The notes beneath the pieces are model-generated. The model ran no database searches. It saw only the letters and a list, made by a program, of their open reading frames with translations, and had not been told where the DNA came from. A DNA stretch of 64,000 nucleotides from the human T2T-CHM13v2.0 reference genome, Homo sapiens. The position numbers and the translations under genes were made by a program. Positions 13,880 to 28,360 of the stretch are shown piece after piece. The number at the start of each line of letters is the position of its first letter. Within the stretch, counting starts at the first letter, position 1. The stretch lies in NCBI RefSeq assembly GCF_009914755.1, contig NC_060929.1. One strand, 5' to 3'.

Positions 13880-14190
13880 GTGGGGTGGGGTGGCTCATGC
13901 CTGTAATCCCAGTGCTGTGGGAGGCTGAGGCCAGAGGATTGCTCGAGGCCAGGAATTTGAGACCAGCTTGGGCAACATAGCAAGACCCTGTCTCTACAGA
14001 TAATTGAAAAGTGAGCCAGATGTGGTGGCGCATTCCTATAGTCTCCGTCTCTCAGGAGGCTGAGGCAGGAGATTGCTTGAGCCCAGGAGTTGGAGGCTGC
14101 AGTGAGTTATGATCATACCACTGCACTCTAACCTGGGTGACAGAGTGAGACCCTGTCTCTAAAAAACAAAAAATTAGAAAACAACAAAAA
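13880..14190 (+). mobile_element. AluJ in the G3BP1 3' UTR
   Basis: Diverged dimer; flanking AAAA(T/C)CACTT. Confidence 0.9.
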
Positions 14191-14999
14191 CCACTTCGGT
14201 TACTCACTGTCCTCATGCTTTGATGTCAGTTGTTCTCCTAAATTTTAAAATTTTGTTATGAAGATTGGATGTACACTGATTTGGCCCTTTAAATGACATT
14301 ATACCAAGAAGTTGGTATAAGGGAGTAGGAGATGAGAAAACTTTTTGAAAAATCATTTGGTGCATGCTAAGGTAGCTTGTAGGACATGTGGTTTTAAAAA
14401 ATTCATGGATTTTGAAGAAGGATAGGGTGGAAGTAAAATTTAGCTGATAGCATAGGGATCATTTGTGATTTATATAGAAAATAATTATATTTTTGAGTGA
14501 GAAGCATCAGACTTAAATTTTTTTCTTCTATTTTGGTTATTACCAAAAGGAACAGAGAAACTCTCAGAATTCTTTGAATCATAGAATGTTAGTGCTGGAA
14601 AGGACTAGGAAGTGACTTGTACAACCCCTTCATTTTACAAAGGATCAGAGAGAATTGGTTAGTAGAGTCCCAAATCTGCTTTTAGAAGTAATATGGTGAT
14701 CATCAGTTTAGATTCACTGTAGGAAGGGCAGCCCTGTTAAAGTTTGTCAGGAGAAAAAGGGAAGGTATCACTTTTTGTATGTTCACCCAGTTGCTTCTGT
14801 AGTTTTCATACCCCTGTTTTCTCAATTTTCTTAGAACTGTCTTTAATGGCCCAGCTCTACCAGGGCTTGTTGTCTAAGGACATTAACTTGTGCTCCCCTC
14901 AGGGATGGGTTTACTACTAGCTGTCAGAAAGCTATTGGGTATCCTAATGTGTTAATAGCTGAAACTCAGCTGTAATTTCTCCTAAATACTTCAGCATTT

Positions 15000-16340
15000 T
15001 GCATTCTGTACATTGTGGTGCTTTTTCCACCTTGTATTGTTGTAACTGTAAGCTCCTAGGGGGCAGCAATTTGGTCTTAGGCGTGTACCCTGTTTAGTGC
15101 CTGGCAATGCCATGTTTATATCAAGGTCTTAATATTACTTTTGAGTTATTTCTCCCACTCTTCATGGAAGTGATGCTCCAGCCTTGCTAAAACACTGAGG
15201 GTCCTCCCGATAAGCCAGGCATTGTGATTCCTTGGCTTCAAGTGCCTTCTGTCTTCCCCGAAGGTCCACTGAGATCTACAATCCCCCCTTTCCTCTGATC
15301 TCTTGCCATGTAAGTAATTTTTTAAAAGATCAGTACAAGAGCTATATTTTTTCCTAAGAAAAAATTTCAACAGGAATGGGGAGTAGCCCCGTTTTGGGGC
15401 TGATCTGTCCAGAATTTGGAGTGAGGAACAAATCCATTCTCATCTACTTTCCACATTTTCCCTCTTGTTTGAGGTCCTGTTCCAACCTTCATTTCTGAAA
15501 CTGTTCTAGAGCACTTTGTCTTTCTCGTAGTTCATAACTTACCCCTTCAGTCTAGAATTAGAATTACATTATCTGTTTTACTACTTTACTAGACTGTAAG
15601 CTCCTAGAAGATAAGGACTAGGGAGTTCATCTCTGTATTCCACCAGAAGGTACAGTGACTCATAACTAGAGTCTTTAGATGAAACTTACTGAGTTGAATA
15701 ACTTAATATATTTCTGTTTTCATTCCCAAGGGAGGCCATGTCTGGAGATAGACCTTGAATTTAATAAATTTTAGGCACTATACCATTTCAGTGGAGAAAA
15801 TTGTTGGGAAATTTGGGGGGATGGATATATAAGGGGGAGGAAGTCACTGGCCAGTTTGAGGTGCTTCCATTGGTCTGGGTAACTAGCCATTTCTTCCTGA
15901 TTGTGCCTAGTATATCCCAGACAGTTTGTTTCTATGCAGAAGAATTTTATATGAAATTTTCATTTCTTTGCAAAAACTTGTTCCTTCTTTCAGTTCATGA
16001 CATCATCCATGCTAAAGTCTGAGTCATCTGCTTCCATTTTTGTTATTCCCCACATCCAGTCTTCAGCTAAGTCCTGTCAGTTCTACCTCAAGTCTTTCCC
16101 GTCTTTCTTCCTCACCTATGTAATTTCAGTAGTCTCTCAGCTTCACTTAACCTCTTACTCCAGCCTACTTTATACACAATGTTAGATTCATCTTACTGAA
16201 ACATAGTTCTGACCATGTATTCCATGTATGTGTTCTCTCTCCCCTATTAGACTGTAAGCTCCTTATGGGCAGGATCTGTGTCTGAGTCATCTTTGTATCT
16301 TGCCTAGCACCTATCAATAAATACTTCTTGAATGAACAAA
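15000..16340 (+). mobile_element. Three L2 3'-end fragments (~15000-15110, ~15570-15700, ~16000-16340)
   Basis: Each has the L2 motif (TAG)ACTGTAAGCTCCT; the last ends TCAATAAATACTTCTTGAATGAACAAATGAA. Confidence 0.75.
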
Positions 16341-17736
16341 TGAATTCTCATTTCTCGACATAAAGCCTTGTCTAAAGTGAGATGTTTTCCAGGTCATACA
16401 TAGGTTTCTCCCTGGGGTAATTGGAAGTTCTTGCATATAAAGTTGGTTAAATAGTAATAATTATGAGTTAACCACAGAAAATTTCAGAAAACTTTAATTT
16501 TTTTCCATTGGAATCAGCATGGATATGTGTATATGGATGGTTCAATAAATATACTTTTATATACATGTTTCACAGAAATTTTACATTCCATCTTCAAACT
16601 GCAGAAATAGATTTTTTTTTTTTACAAGCCAAAAAATAACTGCCATAACTTTTGTGACTTCATGCAAAAAAAGGGGGGAAGAGTAAGGGGCAAAAGGGAA
16701 TTAGTTGTTCAAGGTTGAGTGTCCAGTAAGAAGTAAAAATGTTACATTAAGGAAGCGATTGCTTAACACGCTGCTTAAGGTGGTAGCCAGACAAATCCTT
16801 AACTGCAGCATTAAGGCCATACCAAGTTTATACATATATACAAAGAAATTTCCATATAAAAGACATACTATCACATTTTCTTCTTCATAAGGATGAGGAA
16901 CTTTGTAATTCTGACCTGATTTTCCAGGCCAATTAATTAAAATGTCCCCAGGCTGCTTTTTAGAAGTATCTTCTACTTTGGCTAGCTGTCAGAGTTGCCG
17001 CTATGTGAGCTTGTGACTTCTGGTCTGGCGTGAAAGTATGAATCATCTTGAACCTCTTCCATCATAGCACTATGTTGCTGAGCTAATTCATGCTGCCCAG
17101 CTAAGCACATTTTCTACATCCCCAAAGTATTTGGAATCACAGCATTGTAACTTGTGATTGTCTTACCTGTAACAGACTCCACAGTCATGCTGGCATTGTG
17201 ACCTGAAGAATTACACAGTGCCCTTCTTAGATTCTTTGGGGTTAAGGTAACTTCTTGAATAATGTACTAATGAACGATAGTGTTTCAGGAAACATGCCCT
17301 AGCTATTGGAAGTTCGTATCTAACTTTTACCCCTTGTGTGTCATGATACATTTAAGTTGGTAGCTACATTTTTGGAATAAAGGAAATGTAAAATTATTTG
17401 CAGAATAATAACCTGGGATTTGCTCTTCTGCCTAAACATCGAACTAGGGAACTTTAAAGACAAAGGGTGCATCTTTTGTGCAAGTATCTAAGCGGGCAAA
17501 ATGGGGAAAACATGAAGGGCAAGTCCTTTGGGGATGACTTCTAATTAATGCAGAAGTCATTTGCTTTGGCCAGGTTGGGTGGGACTCTGAGATTGCACAC
17601 TCTTGCCCTGTTGGCAGAAACTAGCCCATCTTAAGTTAGTCAATGAATCCTGAGTCAAAATGAAAGGTTGCTAAATCTAAGATCGAGTGTATAAATAAAA
17701 TAACCCCTTCCTCCAGTGACTGTGCATTTATTTTGT

Positions 17737-17742
17737 AATAAA
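17737..17742 (+). terminator. Distal poly(A) signal AATAAA of G3BP1
   Basis: ttttgtAATAAActc with U-rich upstream and GU-rich downstream sequence; a second AATAAA lies near 17694. Confidence 0.65.
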
Positions 17743-20700
17743 CTCATTTTGGAATGTTTTAGCAATGAATTGGTATCTCTCTGTTGTCCTGTTCATCGCC
17801 AGTTTTCAAGTATGGCTCCAGTGTGTTCACAGCTATGGCTGCAAGGTAATTTGGTCTCTTTCTATAGCTTCCCTAGGCCAGTCAAGTTTGAGAATAAGGT
17901 CTCCGTAAGTGGCCTGTCCTGGGAGAGAGGACCAAGTGATTTGTGATTTGGAAGCACTGTGGTATGTTTGAACACTTGCCAAGTTAACAGTCACTGAGTA
18001 TTCTAATCATGCACCAGCCACTCTTCACCCTAAATGTACTACAAGTTATTCATTGCAGTAACTTGCATCAATTCTAGATAAGGTGATTTTTATTCAACAG
18101 GTCTACTGTGATGCTGATCTAGACAATGAGAGTGGAATAGCCTTTGGCAGTCTTGGAATATCAAGAGGGCTTAAAAGTATTAGGTTTTTGTTTTGGTCAT
18201 TTTGTGTTTCACTTTGTCCATTTCAAGTCCAAAGCAGTTGAAGACATGTTTTATCCAGTTTGTCAGATGTACTTGGAGACCACTGAGGTCCCTGCTATGT
18301 TTGTTTTGAAAGTAGAACTCAAGCTGTTTTTTCTTTTTTTTTAAACATTGCACTAACCTTCTGTCTAATAAGCACAAAAATCACATTGAGTAGGTATTTT
18401 GTCTAGATCCATTCAGTATACTAAGCAGGTGGGACCTGTTTGGGATTTAATTTACTTATATCATTTTAACTGTTGTTAGTGCTGAAAATATAATGGCTTA
18501 AGTATTGGAAGATTGAACTACTAAAATATGAAGAAGTATGAATTTAAAATGCTCTGAAGTACCTTGTGGGAACTCAATTTTTTAGCCTTTTCTATACCAT
18601 TCAGGCTAAATTGACATGTTGAGCATGGTATGCTTTTAGATGAGGTAGAAATACATCTAATGTGGAAAAAGTTGAGTTTAGCAAACTGCTTATTTGATAT
18701 GTAAACACCAATTTTAAAAAAGATTTGAGGCAATCTTTACTGTGGTAGATAATACTAACTTTTCTTTTTCCCCAGTGTTCTAAAGAATTTGCTTAAGAAA
18801 TGTAAACTTTTGTGAAAGAAACTATTCCTTTTCCATACTTGGACTAGCAGTGACTTAATACCAGTCAATACATGTTTGTCTTTATTTTTTTTTCTACTCA
18901 TATTTGGCTTCTTTTCCCCTCAGTATACCTTTTTTCTTTATGGACCTGATTTTCATGCTTTGAATAGAGATACTCATTGGGAGAAGTAATTTCAGATGCA
19001 ACTGAGGGTGTAAAAAAGGACATGCTAGACTGTTTTCCTCAGGTCTGTTTACTATTTCAGTTAGATCAATAAAACGTGATAGTTTGGATCAAAAGCTCTC
19101 CTTTAGAAATACCTTCATTGTACTAAGTATTGCCTTGGTAAACAACTCATAGACATAACTTTTTCAGAATAAATATAGAGTAGTGAGCTCATAGTAAAAC
19201 CATGACTTTACCATACCTATCTATCCCCTTTCTGGTGGCTACCTAGGACAAACTAAATGCGTAGCACTTACTGGTTCAAACGGACACTCTTGAAGATGTG
19301 AATTTCTAGTGGGTACTCTTACTTCTGAGACAAAGGGAAAGTTAAGTTCTCTCAAAATAAGTACAGGGAAATCTGAGCTGGGCTGAAGGTGTCAGCTAAC
19401 GGAAAGAAGATAGAAAGCCGCTCTGTTTGTGAGGGAGCACCCTATTGGTTTGTCTTTGAGAACTGCTATACTAATGAGTCCTGACCCTTTAAGCTTTCGA
19501 TGTACTCTAAATCTGTCTTCCCAAACATGTCTCCCATTGATTACACTTTATCCAAATGGATAATAACCTGGAATGTGCTGTCTATTTTTTTAACATCCAT
19601 ATTTTCGCTCATACTGTTCCCTCTGCCTGGAATCTTGTCCTCATCTGTCGAAATCGCATCTATTCTTTAGGTTACTGCTGACATTCCATGATTTAATTTT
19701 TGCCCTTTCCATGGCACCCTCCTCATCCTGTTACATACTACATTCCACTTTAGTAATGACATTGGTGCTTTATTATCCCCTCCTATATTGTAGGAAAAGG
19801 GGCTGTGTTTTTTTTTCTGATGCCCTGCTTTCATGGTATGCTGATTTGCCATAATAGATTTAATATACAGCAGGTAGAAAGATAGGTATAGGGAAGTTAA
19901 AAATCTGAATAGAAAAACTGGAGATTATGTATGCGTGTGATGTTTTCTGTAATAAAATATATTCTAGTTCTTCCTGAGCCCATTCTAACTTACACTTTGA
20001 AAGAAGATTAACATGCTTTCTCCCGGCTAAGGAAACATTTAAAAAATCATCCAAAGACAGGTACATGGCCCTGGAGACCCACTAAACCAGACTAAATAGG
20101 GACCATTCAAAGAGTGCCACTTTTCTGAACAACATCCAGAGCTGACCAGAAGGGGTACTGTGCTGGCCCTTAGAGCAGTAGCTAAGACATTCCTGACATC
20201 ACTGCTGTAGCTCATGGTCCTGTCATGCCAAAGACCAAGCTAGATGCAACTGAAGAGACAGGTGAGGCCAAGTGGATTCTATGAAACACAATCGTAGAGG
20301 CCTTGTCCAGTGAACTCATCTGGCTAGTTTGCACAGATAAAAGGACTTCAACACAAGCAGGAGCATCTACTTAACTTTTTTGGAGAGGGGCACCTCTGTT
20401 GACACACTTCCCTTGTAATTTCATTTTCCTACTTCATGTCCAGAGCTTGAGTGGGAGTAAAGAGCCATTAGAAACTCCTCAGCTGGAATGAGACCACAAT
20501 TACATAAATCCAGATAGTAAACTGCTATGGAAAAGAACCTTTTGTTTAGAATCTGAGCTCAAATGTCCCATCCTCCAAGAGATTTTGGATTGATTGACTC
20601 TCGGATTCCATTGATATAAAGCATACATAATATCCCTGTTGAGAAAGAGAGTGTTTTCTGATTATAAGAAGTGTTGAAACCATAGGAGTGCAGAAGCATT

Positions 20701-22660
20701 TCAGAAACCTTTCCAGGGTGAGGTCTTGTTTGAGGGTGAATATGGAGAGAGCTGGCTCAACTCCAGTCACATCTGCTATAAAATTGCTTCTTTTTATTGT
20801 AGTTAGTCAATGGTATGAATTTAGACAAACCCTCCAGTGGTCTGGAATGGTTGCACGTTTTCTGCTGTAGCTGCACTTAGAGTAACAGGAACTACCAGGG
20901 AATACATTGTTAAATCTTGCTGGAAGTTTTCTCTATGATTAAATTGGGGGTGGGGGAGGGGGGAGCAGGGAGGAGTCATTAGAGTTATTTCACAAGTTCT
21001 GCTCTGATGGATTTCTGATTCTTGCAGAGGCTTTGGCAGAGAATTCAGACAATTGCCATGGGAAATGGGTTATAGCCTTCATAGGATACACATGCTAAAA
21101 CACCAGAGTAGAATGTCCTGATGTGTGATGGGATTCTCAGGTGAGAAGCTAGTCTTAGAGGCAAGTCATCCAGTGCTGTGAAATACCTTGACTTTCAAGG
21201 GAAAGGATTAAGATTATAATCTCTTCAAGGGCCAAGTCTCACTCTTCTTTTTTTTAAATGTCTCCCTACGTACTCAGCAGAAGGCCTGGGATGGGGTGCC
21301 AAGCCTGATACTAAAATACAATGAAATCTTTTACAACACACCGTATAGCTCTTTTCTTCAATCCATCAAAATATTCAGTTTGGCTTTGAAGAATCTCCTG
21401 CAACTCCCTCTTTTTACAGGAGAGTAAATAGGCCAAGAAAGTGAAACAGCTTATCTATATTCCCATGATGAACCTGAGGTTATACCAGAAGAAGGACCTA
21501 CCTCTCCTTGACCTGTCTACTTCAAATGGCAGGTGTGTTTAAATAAGATACTGGGTTTCTGGAGTTGCATAAGGAAGCAGTTGAGTCTGAAGAAGAGGAG
21601 GTTAAAAGACAATGCAGGGAATTGTGGAGCCAGGTGGAGGTGGGAATGGGAGACCCATTATGCTTGGAATCAGTATGCAGCCAGCAGATGGTCTTTTATC
21701 CCCAGGTTAGTTAGCTGCTACTGCTTTGTAGCTGGTTAATGGCCTTACGTAGAATATAATTTCCATCACTGGGCTCTCTGAAGAGTATATTTTTGGTTTG
21801 CTATTCTCTACATTTTGTCTTCTCGACCTGATGTTTCAGTGGAAACTTTGCAGAGCAATGAAATTTCAAAGTGCATGGGTAAGAGAATGAACAGAAATTG
21901 CAGCCTTAAAGCAAATAAGACAGGAGCTGCTATGTCCATTCTAGTCTACCCCTACTTACCTTGGAAATAAATCAGCATCTTCTCACAGTTTGGTTTCATG
22001 AAATAAGACGCACAAACTGATGAAATGAGATGCTGACAGAAGAGAGGCAGTGAGAGGAGAAGGGGGAAAGCAAAGGAGAAGTAATGGTCTGTTAGCTGAA
22101 GGAGCCTTAGTATTAAAAATTATTGGGCAGTTTCTACTTTGGAACGCATTTTGCTGTTCTCATGAATGACAAAGCACCTTAATTACTGCTTTAAATAACC
22201 ACATAGCTCCATCAAAACAGCATGAAATAGCAACAACGTATGAGCAAACCTATCTACTGCCATTTCTGTCTCTACAGCTTGAGAAATCCTTAGGAAACAA
22301 CAGGATGATAATTGGTAGAGGCATCATCTAGTATGGGCCCTTGTGAATCTAGGTAACTCAGGCCTGGGTGAGATGTTTGTAGGATACCTTTGTCTTTCTT
22401 TGACATTCTGGGATCCTCAGCTAAGACAATCAGCAAAAAGTTACTGGTTTCATTCTCTTAATACTGGGCTTGGTTGAGGAGGGCTTCATTTCAGGATTTT
22501 TTTTTAAAGTTATTTATTTCTACAGGGATTTCAACTTATCCAAGGATGTTCTCCCTCTGCGTTGGGATTTCAGGATATGATAAGGCCAAAGCCTTGCCAA
22601 CATACATGATTTCCCTTACACTGGTACAAGTAGTTCTCAAGAGCAAGGCAGCTCAATTAA

Positions 22661-23081
<421 letters not shown>

Positions 23082-26000
23082 TGATTTCTGACAGAAGGAG
23101 CTCAGTGGTAGAAAAGAAGCTAAATTATATTTTAAAAACATGCTATCTGATTGCCTGTTTAGAGAATTTTTTGGTTGGTTGGTTCAAGAAGGAATGATGC
23201 CATATATCAAGGGTAGAGGTCGATTCACTCTTTCTCAACGTACCTTACCAGCCCCTCAGAGTGCAAGCCACCTAGCCAACCCAGGAAACATAGCCCACAA
23301 AGAAAATCTTGCCTGCCTTTACAGAGTAGGCGTGAAGGGTGGGTAGAATGTGCAAAAGGTGCTCATCGAATAAATAAGATGCTTTCTAGAGTGGTATTCA
23401 TGGCTCCTTAACTGGGCTTCCAGACAGACTAGGAAACAGCTACAAATCTTAGACCTTGACTTCTGTCCTAAAGCTGATATAGATTGTACTACCACCAAGC
23501 CCTGTGCTTGCCAGATTCTTTTAGTAAGGAGGCAGTTACTACAGACATAATAATAACCCCTTCCATTTCAGTATGTTGCAATTAACTAAGGAAGCTAATT
23601 TTCACACAAGACTATTATCAGTGATGGTATCAGTTTAGCTGGGGCATCAGCCCACTCTGTAATCTAATCTAATGCAGCCTCACAAAATACCATCTCTATT
23701 TTTTATGATGCTGATAAAGATGTGTACTTTGAAGGAAAGGAACCATCTCTCATATTTATTTTTCTCCCCAGAATGAACAAAATAGCCTATGAAAAATATT
23801 GGTGAGCTTTTGAGAGCGATTCATTTCTTATTTATTGACAGTTTAGAAGGAATAATTTGGGTCAAATAACCAACCCTCTTGTTTTTTAAACTCAAACTAA
23901 AAATAGAGTTAAAATCAAGATACTACATACCCACATACACGGACATAGATTTTTTTTTCCTTTCTATTCATGCCTGGTCTTGTTCATTCCCTAGAGTCTT
24001 AGCCAAGAATGTTTGAAAGGACTAGAGGGTGTCAAAGCTTAGCCATTTATTTTGACTGTTCTTGAATGAGATACATTATACACTAATAAGTGAGAATCAA
24101 TTAAGCAGAAATTCGGTCTGCTTAATTGGTACCTCCTAGATTTGGCTCCTAGGATTAGCTGTAGTTTTGGAGGGTGAAATCACCAATCCTCTATGCCAGT
24201 GTCCAGTTCTCACACCATGTATAAATACTGGTGTGGTCTAGATAAGCAAAGGGTTTGAAAACTGGTAAACCATTCATTGTACCTAAATCAGTTTTTTGGC
24301 TACCATACTACTTGGCATCTGTAATCTCAAAGCATAGTATCCCCTGTGCTCAAACTGAAGAGGAAATTAAGAAAGTATTGCGCTGTTCATTGGAGCCACT
24401 TAAAGTAATTGGCTTAGCTTATCTGGTTTGACTTTTCCATAAAGATGAAATTCATGTAATTTGTTAAATCCTTACTACATTATACGTTGATGATAATGTC
24501 TTTTCCTTGAATATGCTTCCATTCTTAATTCATGATGATATTTTTGACTTTGTAATGATTGATGTCCTTTCCTCACCACCATTCACCAAGTGGGGCAAAT
24601 AAAAAGGAAATCTGCAAATTTTCCGAAGAAAGGCAACAATGTGTGGGTCCGTATGTTTGTGCATATGTATCCACACATCCATCTTGGAGGATTTAGAAAT
24701 CAAAGTGACATTATATTTTTGGTTGTGTGAATTTCCTGTAGACTAGCTTAAACACAGAGTCATAGAGCACTTAGAGCTAAGAGGGAGTTTAGATACTATA
24801 CTACTCTTCACATTGTGTATTTAGAGAAACTAAAGCCTAGTCATTTCCCCAAGGTCACTCAGCCTATTATAGTGGCAGGACTAAAATCCAGGTTCTTTTC
24901 ATTGCTATAGTCACTCCACTCATGTTGATTTTCCATAAGGGACACTAGTTGAAATAGTCTGAGAGAAGATTTCAGTGACATTCCCTCCTCTGTGTCTCAA
25001 AGAGATGATTCAATTATTTGTTGGCTACTGTCAACCTGGCAGCTCCTAGTGGGCCCACAAGGTAAATATGGTGGCAGAAGTTCAAGGACCCAGCAGAGGT
25101 TGGGCAAATGGCCCAGTGATTTCTCTCAGATGGATTCCAGACACTACTTAAAAGGAGGCTGGTTTGGAACCTGCAGATTTATGTTTTGAGTGGAGGCAGA
25201 ATGTCTTAGAACAATGGCATTGTCTTTAGTTTCTGCTGGAGGTCTAGCACGATTGTTGCCTGATTCACTAAGACTTCAGACATTCTGAATTTAGTCCAGT
25301 AATGAGTAAAGTAGGAAGAAGGGCTTCTTTAATTTTTTTTAGATTAAAAAATGATTTTCCGTAAATAAAGTGAATAAAGTGCTAGTGAGAGGGCCTCTCC
25401 AGAGACTCATGCACCACTTGAGAATGTAGTGCTAATGAAAGGCGCTGACAGCAGCTCGAAGACTGATGTTCTCATCTTGAAGTATAGTAGTTCAAGTCCC
25501 TCTTTTAAACTTTTCCTCCTTTGGACACATGTTTGTGATGGGGGAAAGGATGGTTTTAGATGAGAGACTCTCTACCCACTTGGCTCCCATCTCCCAAGAT
25601 TTCTTAATAAAATAGATTCCAGGTTCTATCTCATATCATCCAAAGCTGTAATACAGTTTAGCTTTTTGGTCTACACAGGCCAAGAGAAGGGAAGGCAATA
25701 ATTTATTTTCCCCGGACCTGGATGTAAACACCTTTACCATTCAAGCCTCAAAGCCAAACCCTTTTTTGGCTGCATAGTGCATTTTCCTTATGTAAATCTC
25801 TTTAGATCTTTGCCATGACCTGCTACTTTAGGCCTGTATTAGTTATTGTGCTGTGGGAATGGGAGAAAATCCTCTATGGGAAGGTGCTTTAGGGAAAAGT
25901 TAGGCTTCCAGTGTCTCTTCTCTGCTTACCACTCCTCCTCCATCCTGCCTTAAGTTGGAGATTTTTAAAAGACACATGTGAAACCCCAGGCCTCAGTACA

Positions 26001-27656
26001 AACTGATTGTCAGCTATCTCAACATTCTACATACACCTTTGATCCAAAGCTCAGACACTAAAGTGCAAAGAAAGAAATGGAACCCCAGTACTCTGGCCAT
26101 GGGCCAAAGCAGGGAAAATGCTTCAGACAATGGTGCCATTATTTCAGGCATAGTGCTGTTGACATTGGACAGAGAGGCCTGCTGTCTCCACCTTGCAGAC
26201 CTCCCATCTGTGATATCCATTTCTGTCAGTAGGACCATGCCCACCCACCCCACCCCCAAACTAAATTCGTCTGCTGGTCCTTCTTTTTTTCTGGAGTGCC
26301 CTACCTGTCCCAGGACAATTCTGGCACTTCAGAATTAAAAGGAAAGAGAAATACTTGTCTAACTTTCCTAAATGTTAAAGCACCTAAAAGGAAAAAAAAC
26401 AGACTTACAAAAATATAACGGGGTCAGCCCCCCAAACTTTGCACATTATGATATATGATATGTCAAAATATAACAAACATTTTCTAAACATTACCACATT
26501 ACCATCTCTCTCCACCCATTTATACCTAATCGGCAGTAGACTCAACACTGCCCTTTCACCTCTTAAAACTTTACTCTGTAGAACCACTAGATAATAAATA
26601 TATTTCACACCACTGACCCCACCTTCCCAAACATGCACTCAGTTGCAGTTCCAAAGAGACTCTCCAAAAAAATAGTCATTTGAAAAAAGTACCTGTTTAC
26701 ACTCAGTCTATCTGCATATTATCTTTCAAGATTATTACTTTTTTTAACCATAAAAAAGATTGCATATTGGCAATATAATGAGAAAACCACATTGGCCATT
26801 TCTGGGTGCTGGTGAAGGGTGAGTGGGGCGTTGTTGAAGCACAGAAGCAAGAGGGCTCAGAGAGGGGCAATTGTGGTCCTCAGCCTTGAGATGTGAGGGT
26901 TGAGCTGGGGTTACCTACATTCTCAATCCTTGGCCTCTGAAATGTCCGTCTCTTTAGTCACTCCCTTCTCGTCTCTCTACCTGTCCCCATTTCCACTACC
27001 CATTCCCATACCACACAGCCCTCTTGAAGCAGAGGCAAAATGGCTTTTTGGCATGTGTCCGCCTGGGTCAGTTTGAAGACAGGTATGGCGTTTGGAGGGG
27101 TATGATATGGGACATACACCAGAGCAAGCTTATTTGTGACTGTTTCCACTCTGGGAAAAATTGTCCGTTACTTCCGTGACTTTAAAAATTTAAGCAGTTA
27201 CTAGGCTGATAGGTTAAGAAACAAATCTTTTGTTTTTGGGGTTTTGCATTAATATTAAGCATGAATATATATCATATATTACATTACTTTCTTTCTGCTC
27301 TGGGGCAGACTGCGCTCTCCTTCCAAACAGGAAAACTGCACAGCCCATGGACAGATTTTTGAAAGCTATTATTTCCCCAATCCCCCACCCCCTGCCCTTA
27401 CCCCCTCCTTTCCTCCCAGCCCTCAGTTGCTGTATTAGAAAAGTCCCTCCTGACCCCCCGCCCACAGCCCATCTGAGGTTAAATAGTGCCACATTGTAAA
27501 ATTCATGCATCACTGCATTTTGCTATTGCACATATTGCAGAGAGAGTTGTGTAAGTGTGCCCCCTCCCTCCGTTCCCCTTCTCTTCCTTAGTCTCTCAGA
27601 TTCCTGTGCTATTCCCACGTTCCCCTCTCCCAGCCTCCCCCAACCTTTCAGACCCT

Positions 27657-27971
<315 letters not shown>

Positions 27972-28159
27972 CTACTTAAAATAAGACAGGGGCTAGGCAC
28001 CCTCCCTGCAAGGCACTCCCTTGGGGGCCAGGCCATGCCTATCTGGTTCTCCCTGCTTTCCAGACTGCATCACTCTAGGTTTCTGGAGGCTTTTTGGCTG
28101 GCTGGGGAGTTCTGCCTTATAGAGGGGCGCCACTTGCCTGCTGAAACAGATGCAAAACA

Positions 28160-28360
28160 GGGGATAGGAATGTGGTTTAGAGTCTGGAGACCTGTGTTCA
28201 AGTCCCAGCTCTATCAATTGCTGGTTGTATGACCATAGGCAAGTAATTTCCTTCTGTGAGTCTCGGGGATTTTTATTTCATTTTTTCTTCTACCTGGGGG
28301 ATAAGATTCTCCCCACTACTCCACAAGTTTCTTTTGACCATCAGAGGTTATAATTGAGAA
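28160..28360 (+). mobile_element. MIR
   Basis: GGAGACCTGTGTTCAAGTCCCAGCTCT...TGTATGACCATAGGCAAGT core. Confidence 0.7.

Larger units (their letters stand above)
9076..17765 (+). other. G3BP1: G3BP1 3' UTR, U-rich proximal part and inferred long form
   Basis: Follows the stop codon. Candidate signals AATAAA 9630-9635, ATTAAA 10311-10316 and AATAAA 17737-17742 followed by U/GU-rich sequence. A ~10-kb G3BP1 mRNA is recalled; the exact end is inferred. Confidence 0.7.

Noticed and set aside
20946-20975. G-run cluster able to form a G-quadruplex
   Set aside because: A common motif in intergenic DNA with no supporting context.
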